The position numbers were made by a program, and so were the translations under genes. The notes under the pieces are model-generated. The model saw only the letters and a program-made list of their open reading frames with translations. It made no database searches and had not been told where the DNA came from. From positions 38,783,866 through 38,821,951 of the forward strand of contig JBOZIK010000001.1 in the NCBI GenBank assembly GCA_051453625.1: a DNA stretch of 38,086 nucleotides, read 5' to 3'. This document shows, in pieces, positions 1-10,560 of this stretch (its first letter is position 1; each line of letters starts with the position of its first letter). Origin of the DNA: Welwitschia mirabilis. Taxonomy: Eukaryota.

Positions 1-17
1 CCTCTAAGAATCTATTG

Positions 18-113
18 AACCACAGATCGCCGAATGAGGCGGTGGGGATAATAGATAAACCACAGATCGCTGAATGAGACAGTGGGCTTCACAGATCGCC
101 GAATGAGGCAGTG
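18..113 (+). repeat. Three imperfect copies of a ~24-29 bp motif (CACAGATCGCCGAATGAGGCRGTG) in the LTR 3' part
   Basis: CACAGATCGC core starts at 21, 61 and 90; 1-3 mismatches between copies. Confidence 0.9.
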
Positions 114-145
114 AAGTGATTAAACGCTTTTCACGCTGCGTCAGG

Positions 146-158
146 TGGTATCAGAGCC
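146..158 (+). promoter_or_regulatory. Primer binding site (tRNA-iMet)
   Basis: Perfect TGGTATCAGAGCC two bases after the LTR-terminal CA. Confidence 0.9.
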
Positions 159-706
159 TAATGGCGACCGACAATGACGACAGTGGTCTCCATGATGATG
201 CTCGGGAGGCTAGAGCCCCGATCTTTGGGGACGAAGCGTTGCAATGATTGGAGCAACGTTTACTGGAATGCCTGGAGCAAGAACCGATTGCAGATTCTGT
301 CGCTTCAAGGAGCGGTTTGATGATATTGCAAAACGGTTAGATGCTTTCGGTGTCGATATGCACCGGAATCGGATAAACGGCAGAAGGCCAAGAGTTGATG
401 CTATTCGTGCTGACCTTGTCTATAGGCCTGTTCCTGTCCGCAGGAAGAATTTCATGCATGTGATGAGCTGATATACCCTGACCCCAAGCCCAACTCGAGG
501 ATGAGTTTTTCTCAGGTGGAGGGGATTGACGCGGAACGATGTGACCCCCTTATAGTTTTCTTTTTACATTCTACTAGATTTTGTTATTTCCTTGCTTTTA
601 GTCCCCCATTGTGTAGGGATNNNNNNNNNNNNNNNNNNNNNNNNNNNNNNNNNNNNNNNNNNNNNNNNNNNNNNNNNNNNNNNNNNNNNNNNNNNNNNNN
701 NNNNNN

Positions 707-2421
707 CTCAAGGGGTGATTGAGTTGTGTTCCTATTCTCCTCACTCAAGTCATAGGCAGGGGAAGCGTGAGTAGCCAATGATTTTCCTTGTAAATGTGCG
801 AATTAAGCTTCTTTTTCCTTCTCTTTCCTTTCAAATTCCTCCAAGTTAAATTGGGTGGGTAAGTGTACTTCATCAGGAACTTGAGGGCATGGTATTACAT
901 CTCTTTGAGTAGCTCGTGCAAGATGAAACTTAAACCTGTTAATGCCACCATGCATCTGAGAATCACCAAAAGAACAATGTACGAGGTGGCCTTTTGAATC
1001 AATTATGTGTTGGTCAAATTTTGCATATCTCCACAAGTCATCTTTACGTGATTTTACAAATGCATCCTACATAGCTTCTTGTTGTTGGCTAAGTCTACCT
1101 TCTTGCACTGGTCGTTTGCCCTTTGACTTAGATATTTTGGTGTTTTTCTCTTGGGTGCCATTAAGCAAGTCTACACCTTTACCAACTTAAAAAGCAGAAA
1201 GTGCAAAACAATGATACATTAGTCAACAAATAATTGCTAAACAATATATTATTATATTAAAATGATTAAAAGATCGTGATTAAATATATTATTATATCAT
1301 AGCATAACATTTCATCCTAAATTCCTAATTAGATTAATAATTCATTACTAATTAAAGTGACTTCAGAAGCTATGAAACAATGCAGCATAGGAAGAGAAAT
1401 ATTTGAAAACAGAGAGCTATCTTTCAAGTTTCAAGTAAAGAAAGTGAAGTTGTTTCTTTATTGGAGGTCTTTGCAAACACAACAAAGAGAGCAATTAAAA
1501 ATCAACAGCAATTAAAAAGTGATTTAGAATGCATGACGTTTTTAAGGTTGTCCTTAACATTAGTCAGCTCCACGCGCAAATTTTTGGTGTCTATTTTTAT
1601 GATTACAGCTGCTAGACTACCCTACCAAGTTCAGCACTATCTCAACTCTCAACAAAGAAAATGACTCATTTCTCAACATATGAGTCCATGACTTTGATGA
1701 TGTTCAGTCCACCATTGCCTGCACCATGTGGATGTGAGAAAGAAGTAATTCATCTCATGCTTTAACAGTTTAACATGCAAATCTACCAAACAAAAGTCCT
1801 TTCTCATTTCATCATTCAAGCCTGGAGGATCAAGACACAGAGGCAGACATCAAAGCAACTTGTATAAACATGCAAACTCAATTGAAGCAAATGAAAATGG
1901 TAGTCATGAAAAAGCAGGTTATGCAAAGGGAGATGTCAATCGTGATGATGAGGACAGCAAATTGCTACTGATTTTTAATTGCTCTCTTTGTTGTGTTTGC
2001 AAAATGCTGAGGGTAAGATTCTTTGGTATGGTTTCTTGCTCTAACTGTGCCAAACACAAGAGAAGAAAAGTAAAAAACAATAAAAAGGAACAATAAAATG
2101 AAAAACAAGAATCTGACCTTTAAGACTCGCTAACGGAATCACTAACAGCGTTGACGGAAAACGTTTGAACTGGCGAACAACATGAAGAATCTCTGCGACG
2201 TGCGAACTGGCGAACAATTTTGGCAGAAAATGCGTTTTCTTTGTCTTCCTTGATAACAGTACCCTTTTTCTTCAGGTAAAAAGGGTGTTCACGTTTTTAG
2301 TGAAGGCGAGTTTGGCATTCACGGACTCGTCTCGGCGAGTTCACGACTGCAGACTCGCGGCAAGCCGCAAACTCATGGACTTGCGAGACTTGCGGGACTC
2401 GCCGCAGGTCTGGTAACAATG
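707..2421 (-). mobile_element. hAT DNA transposon remnant (5' end with TIR, subterminal repeats and start of transposase)
   Basis: Minus-strand terminus CATTGTTACCAGAC (2421-2408), followed by clustered GACTCG/CGAGT-type subterminal repeats (~2305-2405); flanking 8-mer GTTAAAAG fits the hAT nTnnnnAn target preference; BED-finger ORF downstream. The other end is not visible. Confidence 0.65.
803..1161 (-). pseudogene. hAT transposase N-terminus with degenerate BED zinc finger
   Basis: MAPKRK start at 1161, a frameshift and an in-frame TAG, then DDLWRYA...VHCSFG...GGINRFKFHLA...DVIPCPQVPDEV, typical of plant hAT transposase BED fingers; the second Cys of the CxxC is lost. Confidence 0.75.
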
Positions 2422-2812
2422 GTTAAAAGTACTTCCTCTTATTTCTGTCCTGTTACCTATCTTTTCCTCTTATTTGTCTCACAATTTTTCCTTAACATCT
2501 TGTATCTATGTATTTGCTTTAAATAAAATCGATGAGGAGGTTTTAGTGAAGATCCATTAAGCTCCCTATGGGCTCTTCCCACAGCTTCCTGCTGCAATGA
2601 GGGTTTTTTGGAACCCTACACATCACGCTACCGAATCTATTTATCATCATTGCAACATAAGTCTTCAACACCAACAATCGATTGTACAGACTGTAATAGA
2701 TTTTGAATGGGTGTGCATGGGCTCACTACCCTTCACAATGCAGCACTGTCCTACTCTCCTCACTTCGCTCCCCTCCAGTTGGAAATCATTGGTTATGTAG
2801 TTGCTAATGCTT

Positions 2813-3089
2813 TGTAGGACCAAAACCTACACCTCTAACAGCAGTTGTTGAAAAATTGCAGTAAAAAGCAAAGAAAAACTGTGAACATATGACAAAACCA
2901 GCAAGCAAAACACACACTAATTTACATGGTTCTTGGGCTTTCTACTCTTCTTTGACGGGACAGTGCAGCTCTCATTGTCTATGGAAATGTGAGGGACACA
3001 GGCCGTCTTTATGGCTGGGCAAGAAAAAGAAACAAACACCCATGTCTTCCAACTAGGCATTAACAAATGTTAGGGTTAAAACTCTAACA
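2813..3089 (-). mobile_element. Possible copia-type LTR fragment or solo LTR
   Basis: TG...CA-like ends (minus-strand start TGTTAGAG at 3089) and LTR-like motifs TTTACATGGTTC and TCTTCCAACTAG; no TSD found and the boundaries are uncertain. Confidence 0.3.
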
Positions 3090-6087
3090 AGACAGCCCAA
3101 TATTGATTTTTTTAATTAATTTAATAGCTCCTTACAAACAATTAATAAAACATAGGTGGGCCACATACAAAACATCGTTGTTGTTATGAAAAAAAGGGCT
3201 AAGGAGACGATTAAAAAAGTGACTTCATTTTACCATTAAAATTGGAGAGTAACTGCAACAATTTCAGAATTGGTAACACATTATCACTTTTGCACCCTGG
3301 TAATTAGTTTTGTACACACCCTACATATTTCACAAGTTCCATTTGCTGGCAGAACATAACTGAAAGCATACCTTGATTTATTTGTTTTTGAATTGAAGTT
3401 ATGACATATTAAATTAATTCAAAACAAATATGTGCAAGACACTGTTAAAAAAGAATGCTATGGCATCAACAACCATGATTCAGTGAGCATTTGAACCTGG
3501 GCTTATTCAAATCCTAATAAAGAGAATCAGACAATGGCAAAGTCAGGATTTTTTGTTGGAACTCTAAGCAATTAGACATTTTTCATTTTCCCCCTACTGT
3601 GCCATAAGCAGAAGCATCTTTCTCTCATGTGTTTAGGCTTTCTGGTACAAATATTTTTCAATTAATCAAGGTACTCTAGTTTTGAATCAGGACGGATGTT
3701 ATTATGAAGTAGAGACAACCCTGTCATTTTGGACTGATGGTCAGTTCTTATAACTCTCAAAATTTTGCTGTGTGTTTAAAAATAAAGAGGAGGGCTAATA
3801 AAGTTTAGAAAACTAGGCGTTGTTTACTAGTGAAGTTTTCACAATTGAAGCGCTTTCCAGAAGACTTGGCAAGAGATCCAACTGTCAGTATCTCAATGTA
3901 CTCATCCTTCCTTACATCACAAAATGTTTCAGGAATCTTATATGTGAAGCCCAATTGACTAATTCCCTTGTGGAAGTCTATTTTAAAATTCACCCCTTGT
4001 AAAAGGACGTTTATGTTATAAAATCACGTTGGGGTATGGGGTAAAGTTTTAGGACCATTTTAGGGTTTAGATTTGTTATGGTGGCTTTATTTAAACCATT
4101 GTTTTTGAGCTTGGGGAAGAGCTCATTTCCCCCCTTTTTTTGAATTTTTCTAGACCCATTGCTGAAAGCCTATGTACACCAGCTTGTTGTGATAGTGAGA
4201 GCTTTGCATTGCTTTTTGAGGATGTAGGCCAGAAAGGGCTATGCCTTGTTAAGTTTTTGTATGGTTTTTGACTGTTTTATTGTTTTCTTTAGCAACTAGT
4301 ATTAGAGCACAATTTTCTTGATCCTAGGATTCGATGACTAGTTTTGATAGTCATTTATTTAGGGATGAACTGATGTAGGGCAACAAGTGAAGGATAGCAG
4401 ACTGTTGGAGTGAAGTTAGCATGAGCGAGCAACAAGCATAGTGAAAGCAATGAAGATATAGAACGTAGTAAACAAAGTGGTGTTGTAAAACATAGCATAA
4501 CAACCATGCACATTCTGTGTTTGAAATGTTTAGCTGTTCTTTTTTTACATTGGCGTGTTTATTTGGTACCTAAGATACCTCAAAGTGAAGAGATTGTAAT
4601 CAACAGAGAGATAGTCAAAGTTGAAAATTGTAGTGTTTGCAAAATCCTAATGAAGACATCCTTGCTTAGCAAGATTGTAACATAGTTCTTCAAACTGAAA
4701 ATTAAGCAAAAAGGGCTCTTGGGCTATCTATGTGGATTGGTTAAAATGCATGCACGCAAACTGGATATGAAAGCACTGCATCTCATCGGGCTGTGTTTGA
4801 GAGATGGTGTATTGACATCTTATGCCAAGGAGATGTCAATTATAGGAGTTTGGTGCACATTGAAATAGCAGGTTGATTGGCCTTCATGAATGAAACACTA
4901 TCATACTGAACAGTTTTCACAATGCATATGGCACAAGGTTCTTCCTTGCAAGCACACCATGACGAGACGAATGACTTGTTTGTGGAATTAGATAATTTGT
5001 ATGTGACATTCCAAAAATTTCTTACATCATGGCCATTGTTAGCTTTCTCCTCAACAATTGGGAAACCATCAGAACAACTCTCACAACCACCTTTGCTGCT
5101 GTTCCAAGTTTGAACATAGTAATTTCAAATCTACTTAATGTGGAGAAAATCTCACCTATTATTTGTGAAAGCTTTGGAGATGCACCAAGAGTGACAAAGC
5201 GAGGACATTTCCAAAATAGAGAACAATGCAGGAGAGGTAAAAGCAGGAGTAGATCTGATACTTGTGTATTTACTGCTACTTGTGCAAGAAGGGTGTTTAC
5301 ATGAGTGAGGACTTTGACCAGCTTTAGAATAATTGGAAACAAAGTAGTAAAAGTAAGTAGGAGCAGCTTTCTGGTTCTGGGCAGGCAACCAATTCAGATG
5401 CTGAAGTTTGTATCATGTTGACTGCTTGCAAAAGGGAAGGATGTGTTTCTTAATAGTCCTTCCCAGATTTATGGATTTTTGTTTCTAGAGCTTCCTTCCA
5501 TGTCTAAATCCAAACTGAAACTTTTTCAAGACCTACAAAGCTGTTTTAGATGCTGTGGTTTATCTATGAGATAATCATCCTTAAATATTTAGGGCATTGG
5601 AATTATGATATTAATTATTGAGGCATCGAAACGGGTCAAAGTTTACTCTCACAAATGTTCACCATGTTCATGGTGTTGCTAGGGACATGTTGTTAATCAC
5701 AATGTTGGCTGGTACTGGTTTTTGTTACTACTCAATGCTGGATTAAATGGAGGGTTTCAAAAGGAGCTATGACCCTGCCCAGTGAACTGATGGAAGGATC
5801 CACATAGGTCTTGAAGGCCTTCATGTGTTGAGGAAGTTTGTGTTGTAAAGGAAGATGACATAGTTTTATGGCATAGAAGGCTTGGACACTTCAGCAAGAC
5901 AGGAATGAGGTTACCATCTTTTAGAAATCTTCTCCCTAATCTTTTTGTCTTTTGATTTCTTTTTTGGTTGTGCTGTTGAGAAACGTTAGTGTGTTGCTTC
6001 GATTTGATCAAACCTATTACTCATGTTTCTTTAGGAGGGGCAAGTTATTTTGTCACAGTTATTGATGATCTTAGTAGAGGTCTACAG

Positions 6088-8168
6088 CAGCATTTGAAAA
6101 ATTTGCGATTAATTTCCAATTTGGAGATTAGTCTTTGGTTAGATATAATTTCTAAGCAGGATGGTCCAATCTGATCAGATTAAATATATGTTTTTTTGTT
6201 ATCTTAAGAATCAGTGGTTGGTAGCCTACTAGGCTTTTATGCAATTGATCTCCAGCTAGAGGAGGTTAATCTTCTAAGTGGAAAATGAAAAGGAGGAGGT
6301 TTTAAATATTGAAAAGGGTTAAAAACCCATTTTAACAGTTCAAAGTGCTTTTCCACTCCAACAATAATTAGTGGTCAAGAAAACAATATGAACCTTGAAA
6401 GATTTATAGATTTCATTCATTCTTCATCTATGAAGAGTAATGCAAATGTTTATTTTTAAATATTATCCTCAATATCTCTAGGACTTAAAGATTACAAATG
6501 AGAATTTGTAAACTATCTATTTTGGAGCTTTCAAATTTTAAATTCTATTTCAAAATTTTTATTACTATGTTTACTAATCAATGCAGACTATTAAATGATA
6601 TAAATGNNNNNNNNNNNNNNNNNNNNNNNNNNNNNNNNNNNNNNNNNNNNNNNNNNNNNNNNNNNNNNNNNNNNNNNNNNNNNNNNNNNNNNNNNNNNNN
6701 NNNNNNNNNNNNNNNNNNNNNNNNNNNNNNNNNNNNNNNNNNNNNNNNNNNNNNNNNNNNNNNNNNNNNNNNNNNNNNNNNNNNNNNNNNNNNNNNNNNN
6801 NNNNNNNNNNNNNNNNNNNNNNNNNNNNNNNNNNNNNNNNNNNNNNNNNNNNNNNNNNNNNNNNNNNNNNNNNNNNNNNNNNNNNNNNNNNNNNNNNNNN
6901 NNNNNNNNNNNNNNNNNNNNNNNNNNNNNNNNNNNNNNNNNNNNNNNNNNNNNNNNNNNNNNNNNNNNNNNNNNNNNNNNNNNNNNNNNNNNNNNNNNNN
7001 NNNNNNNNNNNNNNNNNNNNNNNNNNNNNNNNNNNNNNNNNNNNNNNNNNNNNNNNNNNNNNNNNNNNNNNNNNNNNNNNNNNNNNNNNNNNNNNNNNNN
7101 NNNNNNNNNNNNNNNNNNNNNNNNNNNNNNNNNNNNNNNNNNNNNNNNNNNNNNNNNNNNNNNNNNNNNNNNNNNNNNNNNNNNNNNNNNNNNNNNNNNN
7201 NNNNNNNNNNNNNNNNNNNNNNNNNNNNNNNNNNNNNNNNNNNNNNNNNNNNNNNNNNNNNNNNNNNNNNNNNNNNNNNNNNNNNNNNNNNNNNNNNNNN
7301 NNNNNNNNNNNNNCAAACTGTCACATGTAGGGGACAAGACCAAGAGTATAAAAAGAATTGTAAGTCATAGATTTGGGGTATTTATGTGACATGTTGCCAT
7401 GAATAAAATTTGGCGACATATCATGACTTAAACATATCATGACGACATTTCCCCCTAACATTTTCAAAAAGTTAGTGACATGTTGCCATGAATAAAAGTT
7501 GGTAACATACCATGACTTAAACACAAACTGTCACATGTAGGGGACAAAACCAAGAGTATAAAAAGAATTGTAAGTCATAGATTTGGGGTATTTATGTGAC
7601 ATGTTGCCATGAATAAAAGTTGGCGACATATCATGACTTAAACACAAAATGTCACATGTAGGGTACAAAACCAAGAGTATAAAAAGAATTGTAAGTCACA
7701 GATTTGGGTATTTATGTAATACTTGGCTTTTGACTCATTTATGCACATCAAACACTTTTCAAGTAGCTTAATTTAAAGTGTGTTTAGTTTATACTTTTAT
7801 GTATCTTATGAAATTAATAAATCCCACATTAAAAAAAACAATTGCCAACATTTTCTACCAGGATGTCTCCCTGGTCAGAATTTTTCAGGTGTCGACATAA
7901 ATTAATTACGAACATTAACATCATTGGTCCACTACTATCACATTCTCTAGACATTAAATTTGCAATGTTATAGTTTTCTTAGAATCGTTTTATGTAGAAA
8001 ACCACAACTTGGTGGAATTGTTCATGGAAGAATTTCCTATATTTGTTATTTTTAATGTCGTTTCGCCAATTATGTGGTCGTTAGTCTACCATCTGGACTG
8101 ACTTGTTGCTGATTTCTGATTTGGGACCTTTGCTACTTAGTCACTGATTTAACGATTTTCAATCAGTG
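6088..8168. mobile_element. Non-autonomous hAT-type element inserted in the copia integrase
   Basis: Perfect 8-bp TSD GTCTACAG (6080-6087 and 8169-8176); imperfect TIRs CAGCATTTGAAAA and reverse complement CACTGATTGAAAA; removing it rejoins the integrase core; no coding capacity in the sequenced part. Confidence 0.75.
7314..7720. repeat. Tandem array of a ~121-bp unit abutting a 707-N gap
   Basis: Units start CAAACTGTCACATGTAGGG at 7314, 7524 and (CAAAATG) 7645; an extra partial sub-unit at ~7480-7523; copies nearly identical. Confidence 0.9.
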
Positions 8169-9037
8169 GTCTACAGATGAAAATCTTATGTTGTCAAAGA
8201 TATTAAACCTAAAGTTGGAAATGAATGAGAATGTAAAATCAAATGTTTGCTGACTGATAATGGGGGTGAACACACTTCCAATGCGTTTGAGAGATTTTGT
8301 AGAACTAATGCTATCAACCATGTGAAAACAATGCTAGGAACTCTGAAATAACATGGAGTTGCTGTAAGGAACAATAGGATCCTCTTGGGAAGAATATGAT
8401 TCATCACCGCACAATTGGGATTCTCCAAGCATTTTTGGGCTGAAATTGTCACTATAGTTATCTATCTAAGAAAGAAGTTTCCACAATCGTCCTTGTATGA
8501 TATTCTAGAGTCTTGGAAGTTCTTTTTGACTTTCTCTCATTGTAGAGATTCTGGATGTGTGGTATGTTTGCACTCACAAAATGTCTTAAAACTGTCTTAT
8601 CTAGTAGGAAGATGTGTTTTTATTATTTATGATTGGATGGTCATCACTTTAAACTATGGGATCCTTTTGACACAAAGGGTTATTAAATCATGTGATGTGT
8701 TTTTCAATGAAGATGTGGTGTTTTACAAATTACAAGAGAGGACATTGAAGGACATAGGTTATGATCCTAGCAACCCAACGTAAGTTGTTAAAGTCCTAGG
8801 TTACAATGAGTTTTCACACAAAGAACAAAATGATGAAACGTGTCATACAATGAAATTTATTAGCATGAGCAATAATTTGAGGAACAAGAGCAGAAGAGAG
8901 CAATTGGACATATAAAGTCCTCCTTTGGTGAGACATGTATTAAATCTTCTAGGCTTTTAACGAGGCATTCCTCCAACTCCACACTACATTTTATACAGTG
9001 GTGGTGGTGAACTAGAAACTTATTAGGAAGCTATCTC

Positions 9038-9185
9038 CCGCCTTCTTATGAATTTAGAGCAACAAAAGAAGCAAAGTAGCAAAGAAAAAGGCAAGAAATG
9101 TCGTTTGGGCTCCGCCTTCTTATGAATTTAGAGCAACAAAAGAAGCAAAGTAGCAAAGAAAAAGGCAAGAACTGTCATTTGGGCT
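9038..9185. repeat. 74-bp tandem duplication at the junction between two copia fragments
   Basis: CCGCCTTCTTATGAATTTAGAGC... at 9038 and 9112; two mismatches. Confidence 0.92.
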
Positions 9186-10560
9186 CTTTCTACCATAGTT
9201 CCATGGAAGCAATGCAAAGATCTCTTATTAAAAATGAGCATAAAGGAACACAATCTGTTTTTACGACTTCAAAGCCTTCCCTCTACCCCAACCTCCCTAT
9301 TTCTAACCCTCCATTAGGGTGAAAACCCTACCTTACATTGACATAATACCAACCCACGAATAATTGATTAAAAGGGACTTTTAAAATACAAGGACTTGTA
9401 ACAACTACTTTTCTTGACCTCCTTTTTTTTTTTAAATTAATTCAACATTACATCAAGGGAAACATAGAATATAGAGAGAAGGCTTAACTTTATTTTCCAA
9501 CAATTCTCCCCCTTGAAGACAAATCTAACCAGCCTTCCAAGGAAACAAGAGATGCACTGTTTCAAACACCCACTGCCTACATAATAGCTATTCGAAGTTT
9601 TCCTCTACAAAAGTCATACTTCTCAACTGTGACCATTCTTCAAAGCATCAGCAATGTTCATTTTGGTTTCGATCTTCTGCAAAGCAACTACGCCATCTTC
9701 TATAACCTCTATAAAATAAAGCTGTAAATCAACCTGTTTTGTCCTTCCATGATAGGCTAAATTTTTGACTAAAGTGTAAGGCACTCTCACTGTCACAAAA
9801 TACAAGATACCTTTCTTGCTTCAAACCAAGAGAATGAAGAAATTTGCGTAGCCAAATCATCTCTTTGCATGCTTTTGTGAAAGCCACATATTCAGCTTCT
9901 ATGATAGACGATGTAACTAATGGCTGAAGATGGGATAACCCTCTAATGGCTTCTCTGTCAAAGGTAAAAGCATAACTTGTATTAGAACATATGCTATCTA
10001 TTGCAAAATTCCCATCAACAAAACTTTGAATACATAAATCTCCATCACCAAAACACAAGCAAGCCATTTGTTCTCCCTTTAAATATGTTAGAGTACATTT
10101 TACAGCAAGCCGATGATTCCAACCAAAGTTACTCATGTATTTACTAACTACTTCAACTGCATAAGCAATGTCAAGATGAGTACATACCATAGCATTCATG
10201 AGTGAGCCTATTGCTGAAGTATGTAGAATATTTTTCACCTTTGCAACTTTATCTTTTGCATTGGGACAAGCACTTCTGGATAGCTGGAAGTGAGAGCTAA
10301 AGGAGTACTTATAGGCTGGGCATCTTCCATCCCAAAACATTCAAGCAACTTGCTAGTGTAGTCACTCTGGTCAAACTACAACTTTTCTGCTCCCTCTATC
10401 TGTGAATATTCATTCTTAGAATTTTTTTTGTGTTCCCCAAATCTTTTATTGCAAATTGCTTGCCTATTTCCACTATCAAATGCTTGATTTCGATCTCATC
10501 ATTTCCTGCAATCAACATGTCATCAATGTATAACAACATGATAACAAACTTTCCTGAGGT
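9038..10560 (-). mobile_element. Antisense Ty1/copia fragment: RT C-terminal half, RNase H, PPT and 3' LTR
   Basis: LLYIDDMLIAG (YIDD at 10530-10519), DLGNTKKIL, SAIGSLMNAMVCTHLDIAYAV, EAEYVAFTKACKEMIWL, RTKQVDL, NIADALK; PPT AAGGGGGAG (9514-9506) followed by LTR start TGTTGG at 9502. Confidence 0.88.

Larger units (their letters stand above)
1..620 (+). mobile_element. Internally deleted, non-autonomous CRM-like (Ty3/gypsy chromovirus) LTR retrotransposon; 5' LTR truncated by the window edge, 3' LTR runs into a gap
   Basis: LTR end ...CTGCGTCA (143); tRNA-iMet PBS TGGTATCAGAGCC (146-158); gag-like ATG at 161 with a premature stop; integrase C-terminal-like peptide EFHACDELIYPDPKPNSRMSFSQVEGIDAE (447-536) reading through the PPT into the LTR; PPT AGGTGGAGGGGA (514-525); 3' LTR start TGACGCGG (527), complementary to the 5' LTR end. 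Confidence 0.75.

Noticed and set aside
18..113. CRISPR-like repeat-spacer pattern
   Set aside because: Spacers are only about 3-14 bp and unequal, the context is a plant LTR next to a PBS, and there are no cas genes
3068..3089. Short hairpin TGTTAG...CTAACA as a terminator or ncRNA
   Set aside because: Too short, lies at an LTR-like end, and has no RNA-gene features
6498..7389. Long ORFs of 248-290 aa in the ORF track
   Set aside because: Almost entirely N-gap. The ORFs at 584-778 and 24952-25233 likewise owe their length to gaps
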